This document shows, one piece after another, positions 25,716 to 43,092 of a stretch of 64,000 bases of DNA. The DNA lies in the NCBI GenBank assembly GCA_964016885.1, contig OZ024747.1, forward strand, positions 12,958,001-13,022,000, written 5' to 3'. The notes below the pieces were generated by a model. That model had not been told where the DNA came from and searched no databases. It worked only from the letters and a program-made list of their open reading frames with translations. Each line of letters starts with the position of its first letter. The first letter of the stretch is position 1. A program made the position numbers and the translations under genes. The stretch is from Eledone cirrhosa (lineage: Eukaryota).

Positions 25716-26454
25716 TTAATAACTTCATCACTGTATTATTGTAAAGTAATAAGCACAAACCATTAATAATGTTTCTTCCCTAGAACTACATCAAATGGAA
25801 TAAAGTATTTTCCACTACTTTGTACTTCCCTACAATGAAATTTATTGTCCTCTGATTCCTGAGGGGTTCACTAAAAAATATTGACTAATTGAATTTCAAA
25901 CATTCTGTTTTTGTTGTTGCACGAAACCTGATTATCTACCTTACTCAGTTTAGAAGTTTCTAGATCTATATCCATAATTACTTTGCATAATGGATTAATC
26001 AGTGGGAGTTTTACTGACGTGTCCATTAAAATTTCATGTCCTTTTATTTCTTCTGGTTTGTTCTACTGGAGCACTGCCGTCTTGAAATTCTTTCATGAGA
26101 ATCTCAAAGAATGTCTTTACTTTTCTTTGTCACTGTAGTTTTGAACTCAAAAGCAGTTAAGGGGATATTTTTCTGAAATGTCTTTTTTTTTCATCACTTT
26201 GATCAATATCTACATAGAAGCAATTTCAATTATCATTTCAATTCAACACTATTGAGCCAAAGAAGAACAACCTTTTACAATCACTGAATCAGCTGGTAAA
26301 TAATAGCAACCAAATTCCTCCTCTAAAAAATCATCTAAGTCTTATATTTTAGCACAATAAAGTCAACACTAAAGTCGAGGTCTCGGTAGAAACCACTTTG
26401 TCTAACAATTTCTTATCATAAATTAGTTGTTGGACAAAGGATTTAGAACTAAAT

Positions 26455-26780
26455 GTTCAATAGAATTACGGCCCTTTACGGTCTGAGTTCAAATTCCGCA
26501 GAGGTTAACTTTGCCTTTCATCCTTACGGGGTTGATAAAATAAAGTACCAGTAATGTACTGGGTAATTGATGGCCTTGTTCTAAAAGTAAAAACGGTGGA
26601 TTAGCAGTATCGGTGGAGGGTGGGACGCCATGCTTTCCAGTATAGTTACGTCCCTTTACGATCTGAGTTCAAATCCCGCCGACGTTGACTTTGCCTTTCA
26701 TCCTTACGGGGTCGATAAAATAAAGTACCAGTAATGCACTGGGTAATTGATGGCCTTGTGCCAAAAGTAGAAACAATTAT
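26455..26780 (+). mobile_element. Two head-to-tail Meta-domain SINEs
   Basis: Same motifs; (TTA)n-like tail follows. Confidence 0.88.
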
Positions 26781-27371
26781 TAATATTATTATTATTATTT
26801 AGCAATCCTCATTGTATTATTACTATTATTATTTAGAAATTGCTATTGTTATTAGTACTATTACTATTGAATTTCTATTATCCATATTAATATCAAATTT
26901 CAAGGAGGGGAAAAAAAATAGAAAACATTTACTGATATTCTTCTTCAGGAATTGACAAAAAACAAAACAAAAAAGAATGTCAACACATAAATCCATGGAT
27001 TCGTTATTTGAGAAGAATATTTCCAAGTGCCATCAATGTAGAAGAAAATAATTTATTGAATGAATTTCTCTAAGATCTGTAACAATATTGAATGGTAGTG
27101 AAACAAATGATAGGAGAAAAGGAAAAAAAAAAAGTGCTCTTATAAATTGATTTGTGATTTTTACAATGTTTTATTTATTTTTGTTAAGAAACTAGATGAA
27201 TCTGTACAGTATAAAAGAAAAAGAAAAAAATGTTCGTAAAAATACTGGAAAATATGTATAGTTAACTCTGCTGGATATATCATAGTCATATTATATTTCT
27301 TTGTTTCCTTATAAAGGGGGATAATGTATATATATAATAATAATAATAAATGTGAAGACTAAAATCCGAAG

Positions 27372-27407
<36 letters not shown>

Positions 27408-27990
27408 ATTTTTTTGAATTGCACAAATTAATTTAGATCTACTTCTTCTGTCCTAGATCTTTACATTTACTTTATACTTCTGGTAGTAATGTTTGTCTAG
27501 GAAATGTATGTAAGGCAGAAAAGATGTATCATTGCATGGAGAATGTCACTCCTGCTGTGTATTACATTTGTTTTGAGTTATTTCCCATTGGGAAAGGTAA
27601 GATGTGGTTAGTAGTTCTAGAAACATAATGTTTCATGAATAAGATTAGAAATTGAAAATCAGTATATTATATATGTATAGACACATATGTTCTGATGGAG
27701 TTGTAGGAGTACTATACTGACATACAGCATTTATTGGGTACTTGAAATATATATAAAACCCTCAATTGGGCCATGCCCCTAATAAGGTCAGTCCTGTCCC
27801 TTCTGAAGCTGGCCCAGCTTGGGAGAACTGTTAAAATATCAGTGCTCCCTTTTGTATTAAACTACAAGAAGATTAATTCTTTAGTGAAAACACTTTATCT
27901 GACATGGAAGTTAAATATACTAAATGCGATTTATCTTTTTACCACTCCTTGTCTCAATACCTTACAGCACCTTAGTTTTAATCACTTTAA

Positions 27991-28155
27991 CCCTTTAGCA
28001 TTTAAACCACCTATATCCAGCCAGAATTCTCTCACCTCTCTCAGTTCAAACCGGCTGTAACTAGCTACTCATACTTATATTAAGGTATTGTTCTCAAAAT
28101 AAATAATAACAAAATAAATAATAACAAAATCTCATAGATTCAATATTATGTGATT
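27991..28155. mobile_element. Partial piggyBac-like MITE
   Basis: TTAA|ccctttagcatttaaacc, colinear with 58881 onward; right end missing. Confidence 0.75.
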
Positions 28156-28402
28156 ATATTGGGCAGAATAAAATGAAATTAGCTAGAAATAGAAGTCAAG
28201 AAAGTTATGTAACTAAAACGATTATAATATTAATGATTTCTAATTTCGGCACATGGTCAGGTATTTAGAGTAGGCATGTTATTGATTGAATCAACCTGTA
28301 CATTATTAGTACATATTTTATCAATCATGGAGAGATGAAAGGCAAAAACCAACCCCTGGGGATTTTAGCTCAGAACCTAAAGAACCTAAATGAATGTAAT
28401 TA

Positions 28403-28481
28403 TAACCCATGCTAGCATGGAAAAATGGATGATAAACGATGGTGATGGTGATGATGATGGTGATGATGATGGTGGTAGTGG

Positions 28482-28512
<31 letters not shown>

Positions 28513-28623
28513 GGTGGTGGTGGTAGTGGTGATGGTGGTGGTGGTAGTGGTGATGGTGATGATGATGATGGTGGTGGTGGTGATGGTGGTGATGATGATG
28601 ATGGTGGTGGGGATGATGATGAT
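28403..28623 (+). repeat. Retroelement 3' end with tail expanded into a (GAT/GGT)n trinucleotide repeat
   Basis: aacccatgctagcatggaaaaatggatgataaac followed by about 185 nt of GAT/GGT/AGT triplets. Confidence 0.92.
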
Positions 28624-28861
28624 TTCTTTTTGATATCTGCTTCATGCTGTAGTGCACATAGGGCTGTCCTAGGATAGTTTCTATAGCATATCAACTTTAC
28701 TATGAAAGAAAGTTGCTGGTCACCCTTCAGCCTTTCTCCATTTTTAGAGAAAGGGACTTTGGGAGCAGTTTCTTATGATCCTTCTCATGGTGCAACATAG
28801 TTAATTTCAAGAGAAGGAAAGGGAGAGAGAAGAAGAGAAAGATATATATATATATATATAA

Positions 28862-28990
28862 TCTCTGATGATATGGGATCGATTGTGCATTGGATATCGA
28901 ATGCTCTACTAAATATATAATATTATAGATGTAGCGAGATCTAGGCAAATAGATGTCTATTGAAACGTACGTAAGAACCGAATAAATCTC
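28862..28990 (+). ncRNA. Hammerhead-like motif with 90-nt insert (probable Penelope-like element remnant)
   Basis: tct-CTGATGA-(90 nt)-GAAA-cgtacg-TA-aga, then AATAAA and a T-rich tract; flanked by (TA)n. Confidence 0.5.
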
Positions 28991-29220
28991 TTTTACTGCA
29001 TCTTTCTGTTCTTTTTAATTCTTTATATATATATATATATATATTGTTATACTAATTCATCGCCGTTATATATAAAACACAGGTAAGCATTAACTTCGCT
29101 AACTATATATATATATATATCTATATATATATATATATATATAATGAAGCAAGTGTGGTAAGGAACCAGGTGGATCATAACGCACCAGAGTACTCGATAC
29201 TTAGGGTAGTAGAGTGGGTA

Positions 29221-29342
29221 ATAGGAAAAGAGTCAGGACCCCGACGGCTGAGCTCTGGCTGTTTCGACAGCTATTTCTGAGTTCAGAAATAGCTGTTGAA
29301 AAGGCCGGAGCTCAGCTGTCGGGCTCCTGACTCTTTTCCTAT
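29221..29342. repeat. 122-nt fold-back palindrome (60-bp arms, 6 mismatches, 2-nt centre)
   Basis: Arm-by-arm comparison of 29221-29280 with 29283-29342. Confidence 0.95.
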
Positions 29343-29358
29343 AGAGATATATATAGAG

Positions 29359-29583
29359 AAGTGAAGGTGTGTGGCTGAGTGGTAAGAGAATTGGATTTGC
29401 AATCGTGAGATTGTGAGGTCGAGTCCTGGACCAGGCGATGCGTTATGTCCTTGAGCAAGACACTTTATTTCATGTTGCTCCTTCTACCTGGAGTTGCGAC
29501 CAACAGAGAGTATTAGCAATTGGAAAGACCAACAGAAACATTGTTTCCTTGGTCCAATTTGACGAAAGTCGATCGACAATCGA
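29359..29583 (+). mobile_element. tRNA-derived CORE-type SINE, family A
   Basis: A and B boxes, tgtccttgagcaagacactttatttc; matches reverse complement of 19621-19840. Confidence 0.85.
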
Positions 29584-30029
29584 TATATATATAGAGAGAT
29601 AAATAAAGATGGTGAAGGAGAGTGAATGAATGAATGAGAGAGAGAGAGGAATCAACTTTAGTACCGGTTTGGTACATTATTTATTGACCCAAGGAAGATG
29701 AAAGACAATGTGGACCTTGGTGAGATTCAAACTGATTCTGTAGAAAGCTGGAATAAATACACAAGGTATTCCATTTGGTGCTTTAATGAGTAATAATTTG
29801 CTACTTCAATTATATAAGTCAATGGTATTCTATGCCACCTTAACTAAAGTAATTACTCCTAATTTAGGTAAGAGGCCAAACATTGAGTAGAGGGAAGGTG
29901 CTTATATCAACTCCAGAATTGACTGGTGTTTTATTTTATCAACCACAGAATGATGAAAGACAAAATATGTCTCAGTAGGATTTGAACTTACGAGGTCAAT
30001 GGTTATAAAATATTGTGCTGGGTGCTTTT

Positions 30030-30400
30030 TGTCGTAGGTGACATGACAAATAGCATCCAACACACACTATAAATGTGGTTGGCATTAGGAAGGGCATCCA
30101 GCTGTAGAAACCAAGCTCAAATCATCTCCAGGGCCGTGAAACACGGTCCTCTGATCTGATTTGGTTGGCATTAGGAAGGGCATCCAGCTGTAGAAACCAA
30201 CCTCAAATCATCTCCAGGGGCGTGAAACACGGTCCTCTGATCTGATTTGGTTGGCATTAGGAAGGGCATCCAGCTGTAGAAACCAGCCCCAAATCAGCTC
30301 TGGGTGAACAAAACATGGTCCTCTGACCTGATTCTCTCCCAAAGGGTCAGCCTGTCTAACCCATGCTAGCATGGAAAATAGATGTTAAATGATGATGATT
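30030..30400 (+). mobile_element. GAT-tailed retroelement end with a triplicated 86-bp internal module
   Basis: ggttggcattaggaagggcatccagctgtagaaacca at 30077, 30163 and 30249. Confidence 0.88.
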
Positions 30401-30682
30401 GTAAGGTATTTTGTCAGCTGCTCTAACAACTGTTCTAATTCACCAACTACTGCAAAGTATTTATTATGACATTATACTTTAGCCTGAGACCCATATGGTC
30501 AAATTATTCTGTAGACATGAAGTTACAAGTTATACTAGTAACAACTAATTTCAGAAATACAGACTTGTAATTAATATCTTCTGTATTGTTGGTTTATTTG
30601 GCACAGTCATCAGTAGCAGAAAATATCTTTCATCATTTCTGTTTACCTGTCTCACATGATTGTGATCTGTCTGATAATAATT

Positions 30683-31312
30683 GTTACTACTATTGGCACA
30701 AGGCCAGCAATTACCCAGTACATTACTGGTATTTTATTTTATCGACCTCGTAAGGATGAAAGGCAAAGTTAACATCAGCGGGATTTGAACTCAGAATGGC
30801 AAGTGCTGTAACTCTATGCGTCAAAGCATGGCGTCCGACCCTCTGCGGATACTGCCAATTCACCGCCCTTGATACTGCCAATTCACTCATAATAATGGTT
30901 TCATTTTAGGCACAAGGCCAACAATTTGGGGGAGAGGAAAGTCGATTATATTGATCTCAGTGCATTACTGGTACTTTATTTTATCAAACCATGCAAGGAT
31001 GAAAAGCAAAGCTAACCTTGGTGGGATTTGAACTCGGAACATAAAGAACTGAACAAATACTGCTAATCATTAGTCCAATGCTCTAAACACTCTGCCAATC
31101 CACTGCCCTTAGTAATAATTGTTTCTACTTTAGGCACAAGGCCAGCAATTTGAAGGGAATGGGAAAGTCGATTATATTAACCTCAGTGCATTACTGGTAC
31201 TTTATTTTATCGACCTTGTAAGGATGAAAGGCAAAGCTAATCTTGGCAGGATTTGAAGTGTAAGCCGCAAAACAATTTGCCTGATGCTCTACCGATTCTG
31301 CCAATACACCAC
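30683..31312 (-). mobile_element. Three head-to-tail Meta-domain SINEs
   Basis: Three consecutive reverse-complement copies. Confidence 0.88.
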
Positions 31313-31658
31313 TATAATAAAATATGAACCAATTTGGAACCAATTGTGTTGAAGAATGATTTGAAAAGCATCACTAGAATGACTAATCTTAAGAGGTTTC
31401 TAGTTCAAGAAATATTTTTATAATTATATTTTAACCAATTTGATATAAAATTTATCCAAACCATATCATTTTAGTCATCTGAGAATAATAAAATAAATAT
31501 TGAAATATATAGTAAGCTTTGTTTCTTTATATCTACTCTTTTTAGATTCCTAAGTAGACAGCAATAAAAACTAGTCATCTATATTTAGTTTTTATTCTTT
31601 TTTGTGAAATAATGTGTAAAGTACAACTTCATTTTATTTAAACTGAATTTATATTAAT

Positions 31659-31698
<40 letters not shown>

Positions 31699-31703
<5 letters not shown>

Positions 31704-31818
31704 CTGCCAGACAGTCCTATGCGAGCAAGACAATCACTCTTGCCTCAAGTGGGACTACCCCCGTCCAAACCCATGCAAGCGTGGAACACGGACGTTAAAC
31801 GTTGATGATGATGATGAT
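31699..31818 (+). mobile_element. Extreme 3' end of the RTE LINE seen at 13253 and 17356, inserted in (TA)n
   Basis: gccagacagtcctatgcgagcaagaca...aacccatgcaagcgtggaacacggacg...(gat)n matches the LINE tail. Confidence 0.88.
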
Positions 31819-31892
31819 ATATATAATCGTTAATTTTTGAAGGACATTAGAATATCAATGATTTACTGTATCTAGTTTGAAGATTTACTGAT

Positions 31893-32210
31893 ATGGTGAA
31901 TTGGCAGTATCGGTAGAGGGTTAGACGCCATGCTTTCTAGCATAGTTACATCCCTTTACAGTCTGAGTTCAAATCCCGCCGAGGTTAACTTTGCCTTTCA
32001 TCCTTACGGGGTCGATAAAATAAAGTACCAGTAATGTACTGGGTAATTTCTGGCCTTGTGCCTAAAGTAGAAACAATTATTATTATCACCAGTGGATTAG
32101 TAGTATTGATAGTGTCAGACATGATTTGTGGCATATAGTTATAACCTTTTACATTCTGAGTTCAAATCCCACCAAAGTTATCATTGCCTTTCATCCTTAC
32201 AGGATCAATA
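31893..32210 (+). mobile_element. Young Meta-domain SINE followed by an older partial copy
   Basis: Consensus motifs as above. Confidence 0.88.
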
Positions 32211-34954
32211 AATTAAATCATAGATAGATTCAGCAAAGGACAATAATATTGAATAAAGGTGACATGATGAAACCATCATGTGGACTTCAATGAAACAGAT
32301 ATAACAATATGATAATAATTATGACTAATTGATTCACATCACGGCCTAAATTTCAATTGATTCTCTAAAATACTTTGGTGTAAAATACTTTAGTAATTAT
32401 TTAATACCCCTGTGGGATTTAAGCAGTTGTTTAAAGTTTATTTAATAGTTTGTATGTTCTTAATATGGATGCAGGTTTTTATGTCAGCCATATTGGCCAT
32501 AGATTTTGGCATATTTCTGGTCTGATGTATGAAACAGTTATTTTATCAAAGGTTACTAATAGCTATGTCTACATAATTGTGATCAATTATATTGCACTGG
32601 TAAAGAAAAATGTCAATATATGATCCGAATACTGAGAAGAGTAGAATTTATAGTTACTTGGTAGTTGATGATTTCTACGCTTATTGATCTGAATAGCAAG
32701 AAATAATTATTGAAGAATTTAACTGAATATGAAGCATTTTTAGATACTGGGGAGAAAATAAATAAAACTAAACATGGGAGAGGGAGAGGAGAGGAATCAA
32801 TAAATTTAATGTGATCATTTGAAAAAGAAATACAGAAATAAAATGTTTAAAAAAAAAAAAAAAAAATTGAAACAAATAAAAATAAAAGAATTGCAAACAT
32901 TCTATATTGGTTAAGATTGATTTAGTATGTTATTTATATAATGTTTTTTTTTTAAATTTATTTAAAAATAATATCTGTATCTCAGAAGTCATTTCAGGAT
33001 TTAACAATTTTCCACATTGCATAGAATCTCGTCTGTCTTAGTGAACTTATATAATTATATTCGCTACATTATAACATTCTCAAGTGTTTTTACATTTTTT
33101 AAGAGATTCTTCAAGGATGAGGATGACAAGGGGTAATTTAATCTATTAGGAAATAAAATTGAGTATTGGGACATAAATCAGATAGCATATTTTTACCATT
33201 CAAGCATAAATAATATTCTGTATTATTATTATTATTATTATTATCATTATTAAAAATGTGTGCATATGTGTGTATACATATATATGGATTCATACACTTA
33301 TTACCTATATATAATGTATACAGATTTTACAGTTTTTTTGTGTGAGATAGCTGCATGAAAATATTTGGTAAAGAAGCTGTTGCTTCACATTGCATTTTTT
33401 TACTAGAAAAAAAATGTAATTTGGTGAATAAAACTAGAGATGGATGTATGGTTTGTAATATCTATTGTATAGGGATTTATTCAAAGAGCTGCAATTAAGC
33501 CTTTTTTTTTTTTATAGAATGCAGATGATTGGCACCAAGGTTCTAATCTCAGCATTTCCATTTGAAACCTTTAAAATTCTACTGATAAAGCATCTAATCC
33601 ATAATTAAAAAACATAGTTCTCATTGAAGTCAAATTTAATATGGTATTGTCCTGTAACTCCTGATGGAGTCACGAGAGCCCCATAGTGGCACATGATGTT
33701 TCTTGGACATTTTAAGGTCTGGCAGAGCTCATTCCTCTCCAAGTCTGAACATTGATTTTTTTCCAGAGAAGGATAGACAGTGACAGAAGAAGGGAGAAAG
33801 AAATATAGAGGAAGAATTGACACCAGTACTAGACTGGTACTTTTTTGATTAAACTCAAAAAGATGAAAGGCAAAGTTGACCTTGGTGAGATTTGAACTGA
33901 GAGAGCCGAAACAAATACCACAAAGCATTCTAACTGACATTCTAACGACTCTAACAATTCACCACCTATAATTTAATATAGTCAAGTTTAAAGGTGGCTC
34001 CCTCCCAACGTTATATGATCTTGCAGGAATAGAGTAACTATGATATCATTACTATATAAATAATGCAGTTAATAGGTTTATTTGGAGGTATGACAAAATG
34101 TTTGAAACATCAAAGAATTAATCAACACTTTATATTCACTGATCTGGCTGGCAGTGTTAGAAATCCAGGAATAAAATCTAAGATCTATTGTGAAGCAGCA
34201 GGTTATTTGTATTGTTTGGTTATCTTAATCAATGGAGAGGATGAAATCAGGGGAAAGAATTGCTGATGGAGAATTTTTAACATTCGTTTTAGTTGCTAAA
34301 AGAATTGCCTTTAATGAGACAAGATTGTCGTGATACATTTGTCTGAATTAGGCAGTGAAAAGAAAAGGTCTTCAGAATGTGGAGGATAATGAGCTATGTA
34401 TCACTCATTGGATGTGTAACTATTATCTTGAGAAAAACATTAATAAAAAATGACGATTAAATGAAGATATGTAATGAAAATGTGAAAGTTGAGTGAAAAA
34501 GGTTGAAAAGTAGGAGATTTGAAGAAAATTTATTCAAATAGAAAACTTGCCATACAAGGGTTGGGAGGACCCTTCAGTTATATCAAGGACATGACAGCCT
34601 CTCTAGTGTTGATCTACATGATAAATGCACTTAGTACATGCTGTAAAGTGGTTGGTGATAGGAAGGGTATTCAGCCATGGAAAACTTGCCACAAAAAAAG
34701 TTGGGAGAAGACGCTTCATTAGTATCAAAGACATGACAACCTCTTGTGTGCACTTGGTAGAATGTGAGATCACATGTAAGGGAGATGCAGGTCCATGGCT
34801 TGTCTGGGAGATCAGTAGCTTCACTTTAGTACTGACTTCGTCTATGAAGACTTGTCCAAACCTTGCAAGCTGGGAAAGCAGACATCAAAACGATGATGAT
34901 GATCTAAGGTAGTTATAATAACTGTTAACAAATAAAAATATGATAATTAGTTTA

Positions 34955-35188
34955 ACACTTTCAATACTGACTGATTCCATCCTACAAAACCTTTCATTTT
35001 AAATTGTTCATATTTAAATTAATACCTTCCATTATAATTTTATGTAAAATTCTCTTAGGTTTCCAAACAGCTTAATTAATAATGGAAAACTTAATTATTT
35101 TACTAAATTCTTCCAAATTTTGGATTAGTTTAGAAATTTAATTGAAACATAGTTAGTGTATTTCATTAAAAATATGGTCATAAAAGTG
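34955..35188. mobile_element. TTAA-flanked MITE, second family
   Basis: ttaacacttt...aaagtgttaa termini; related sequence at about 53523-53720. Confidence 0.55.
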
Positions 35189-35828
35189 TTAAATCCAACA
35201 TAGAAAACATAAGTTATGCCAAATACATTTGCTACAAAACCATAAATTGAAATATATGCAACTTAATGCATCACATGTAATGTGATGTCTTGAAATATTA
35301 TGACTAATTTGAAATCGTTGATCTGTATGAATTTATTTGTTAAGTTTTAAAAAGTAACTACTATTTTTCTTTGATGTTTGACTTCACAAACATCAAACTT
35401 TAAAGCAGCCAATAGCAAAAAAAAAAAAGACCCTTACTCTGCAAAAAAACAACAAAACAAAAAAACAAAACATCAAACATAGATTATGGTTGTTTGGTCA
35501 TTTATGTCTTCATGCATTTTGGTTAAAGACTGAATTTTTCAGTTTTCAACATTTTTGATCAGCTACATTCACATTTCTGCAACAGTCATTGTAGTATTCA
35601 AATGAACTGCAATCATATTTCAGATAATTTATTGGCAGTATCTAAAAGCTGAACCCAAACAGTTTCTATAATTCTGTCCATAAATGCAGGCATTCTATAC
35701 ATGTATTGACAGGTATATATCTCTTTTAATCATTTCTGAATATAATGTTAATACTCAAGCAGTGAGCATCTACTAGAGTTAGAAGTTTGGAATGACTGGT
35801 AGAGATGGTTGTAAAACAGGAACATTAT

Positions 35829-36012
35829 TGGATTGGCAGTATCAGTAGAGGGTCAGATGTCATGCTTTGACGCATAGTTATGGCTCTTTCCATTCTGAAT
35901 TCAAATCCCGCCAAGGGTAACTTTGCCTTTAATCCTTACGGTCTTGATAAAATAAAGTACCAGTAATGTACTGAGTAATTGCTGGCCTTGTGCCAAAAGT
36001 AGAAACAATTAT
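35829..36012 (+). mobile_element. Meta-domain SINE (older copy at about 36245-36460)
   Basis: Consensus motifs. Confidence 0.85.
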
Positions 36013-36529
36013 TTTAACACACTCAGTTAATGTTCTTTTGTTGCTTCACTTATTAAATATTCATCACGGAAGATGTGCTAATTAAACACTAAATGATTTG
36101 AAGGAAATTAATTTAATTTTTAAGTTAAATTTTTGCTGTTAATTTGATATATACAGAAAATTGGAAAATTAAAATATATTTTTTACTTAACAGGCATTTT
36201 GGGGTCAAGGCCAAAAGTATTGTTAATTTTAAATTATTCAAAGGAAGTGGATTGGCAGTATTGGTAAAGTTTCAGACAAAATACTTTGCTATATTCAGTT
36301 ATGACTTTCTATGTTCTGATTTCAAATCCTATTGAGATTAGCTTTGCTTTTAATCCTCCTGGGGTTGATGAAATAATGTACCAATTAAAGTACTGGCGTT
36401 GATATAACCAACTTTTTCAATTCACCAAATTGCTGGTCTTGTGCCAATGTTAGATAGAAATAATTTCAAGCTACTCAAACGAAATACTAAGTGAATTAAG
36501 GTTAAACTTTTCCAGTTTCCCTACATTAA

Positions 36530-36728
36530 CCTTTTAGCATTTAAACTGGCCATATCCGGCTGGAATTCTCTCACCTCTTTCTGTTCAAACTGGCTGTAAT
36601 TAGTCACTCATAGTGATGTTAAGGTATTATTCTCAAAACAAATATCAAAATCTCATAGATTCGATATTATGTGAGATAAAGCCTTTACCGTGAAAATACA
36701 ATAGTATATATAGAGTAATGCAAATGCT
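36530..36728. mobile_element. piggyBac-like MITE, right terminus clipped
   Basis: Colinear with 58881-59101 up to agagtaatgcaaatgcta. Confidence 0.8.
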
Positions 36729-38865
36729 ATTTATCAGCCTTACTACTCGGCACATAACAAGAGTGTGTGCAACAAGATTTACTGGGTGATACCATTTAAA
36801 ATGTTCTTACATAATCATTTAATCTACTTCTAAATTTTGTATTTTTCATTCATGAAAGAAATGATATAATGAAATCTATCTTAAAGATAGTGTATATATA
36901 GTTCAATAAAATTGTCCTTGTTGTTTAAATACATGATCAAAATAGTTATTTCTATTGTGAATTGTTTAATTACAGAGTTTTAGTTATGGTTGGTGGAACT
37001 GTATAAGGTAATTAAGTACAGAATTAATGAATCAATTAATTTTTAATATTCATTAGAATTTTCCCACTGGCACATTTAGCAGCATATCAAAGATTTAATT
37101 TGATTTTGATTTTTCTGATATTTAAAGTGACTTTGTTTTTGTAGCCTAATGGAACCTATGTGAAAGTCATTAAATGTACTCCTATTGCAGAGGAGGAATA
37201 TTTCCCCAAGCACATACTATATTAAGTGAAGCAATCATAGAGGTTCAAACTCTTACTGTTTAGGAAAAATATAATCACCACAGATGTAATTATTACTAAG
37301 ATGTTAATTTAAAAGTAAGATTTGATAAAATCAAACATATTTTGTTAAATATTCAGTTATGGTACTGTAGTTAACTATTAGTCTACACAAGTTAGTTAGT
37401 GTTAACATATTTAAAGTATAGATAATTAAAGAGATTCAGCACATAGAACATTAAATAGCTAACTAGAAATAAATGTGTTGATGAAAAAACTGATATCAAT
37501 TAAGGAGTTATGTTTTGTTAGCAAATATTAAATAGAATTCTAATCTTACAAATGAATTCATAGCCTCTTGTTATGAACTGTATAACTAATAGATAACATT
37601 GAATGAGTTGGCTTGTTGCAAAAATTTCCATTGATGCTTGTGATGTGCAGCCGATTGTCACACTTGGTGGTCAGTTTTATTTTTGTTTCCCTTTTTTTCT
37701 TTCTCTCGCTTTGATCGTATATTTTGGTGCATTGTATTTGTAAGGTTCCTATCAATAGTTAATTGTATTTATCATATGTTGTTATATTTGTGTTTATATT
37801 ATCATTCTGAAAGAATTGTGAACAATTTGTAATGTTATTTAATTAATAATGATTACATTGAGTTTGAATTCAGTCTTAAAGTGATTAAAACTAAGGTGCT
37901 ATAAGATATTGAGACTAGGAGGGGCATGGCCCAATTGAGAGTTACATATATACTGTCATGTGTTAAGTGTAATTGACAAAGTGAGAGTAGATTACTGTAG
38001 CAGAGTCATGGGCAACACAAATTTGAATTTTTTAGTAGTCCGACCCGCCTTATAATGAGCTATATCCTCTGCAGCTCCTTGAAAAAGGTTCCCCAGGCCT
38101 CCTCTAGCACAAGGGACCCTACCTCTTTAAGTGTAGAGTACAATTGGAAGTAATTAGTCCAATTGATTTAAGTCTGACCCTGACCCAGACAACGTGCTGA
38201 GAGTTTGGAAATTTATATACTGTCACTAGCCTTGTGTTGTATCTATAACCAAAGTTCTTTACTTGGAACAATTCACCTGCTTTAAGTAAGTACTGTATGT
38301 GACACATTTTACCACTGTAAGCAGTAACATCATTGATTCTATGATACATTAGATTGTTGTGCTGAGTTTCAATTTCTTTGGCAGGAAAAGCTACTTGTGA
38401 GAAAACTAGAAAAAATTTTTAGGTTAAACATTCAATTCTATAGAATTTTGAGACCCCCCCCCCCCCACAAAAAACAAACAAACAAACAAACAAAAAAAAA
38501 ACAACAAAAAACAAAACAAAACAAAAAAAAACAAAAAAACACACCACCAGTTTTATGCATCCTTATGGTTTTGAAAACTATCAATATTTTAGAGATTCAA
38601 AGAATTTTATACTAGAATGGTTTCTTATTGCTTTCTCCAACTCTGTTGTAGGAGGATTTGAAAACAGCTCCTGAAGCTAATGAAGCACCTCTCAGTTATA
38701 CGGTTGTCTTGTTACAACAGATAACAACACCTATCTCCATGTTTCTATTTGTTTCTAACTTCAATGTGCTAATCTGTAGGACACTACTGCTTCCGTGCAA
38801 TAGTTCGCTGAGTTTTGTCAACGATTAAAAACAAACAAACTTTTGGAATATCGGAATGTTATACA

Positions 38866-43092
<4,227 letters not shown>

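Noticed and set aside
28386-28694. Poly-His, poly-Pro and Gly/Asp ORFs
   Set aside because: Translations of an expanded retroelement trinucleotide tail
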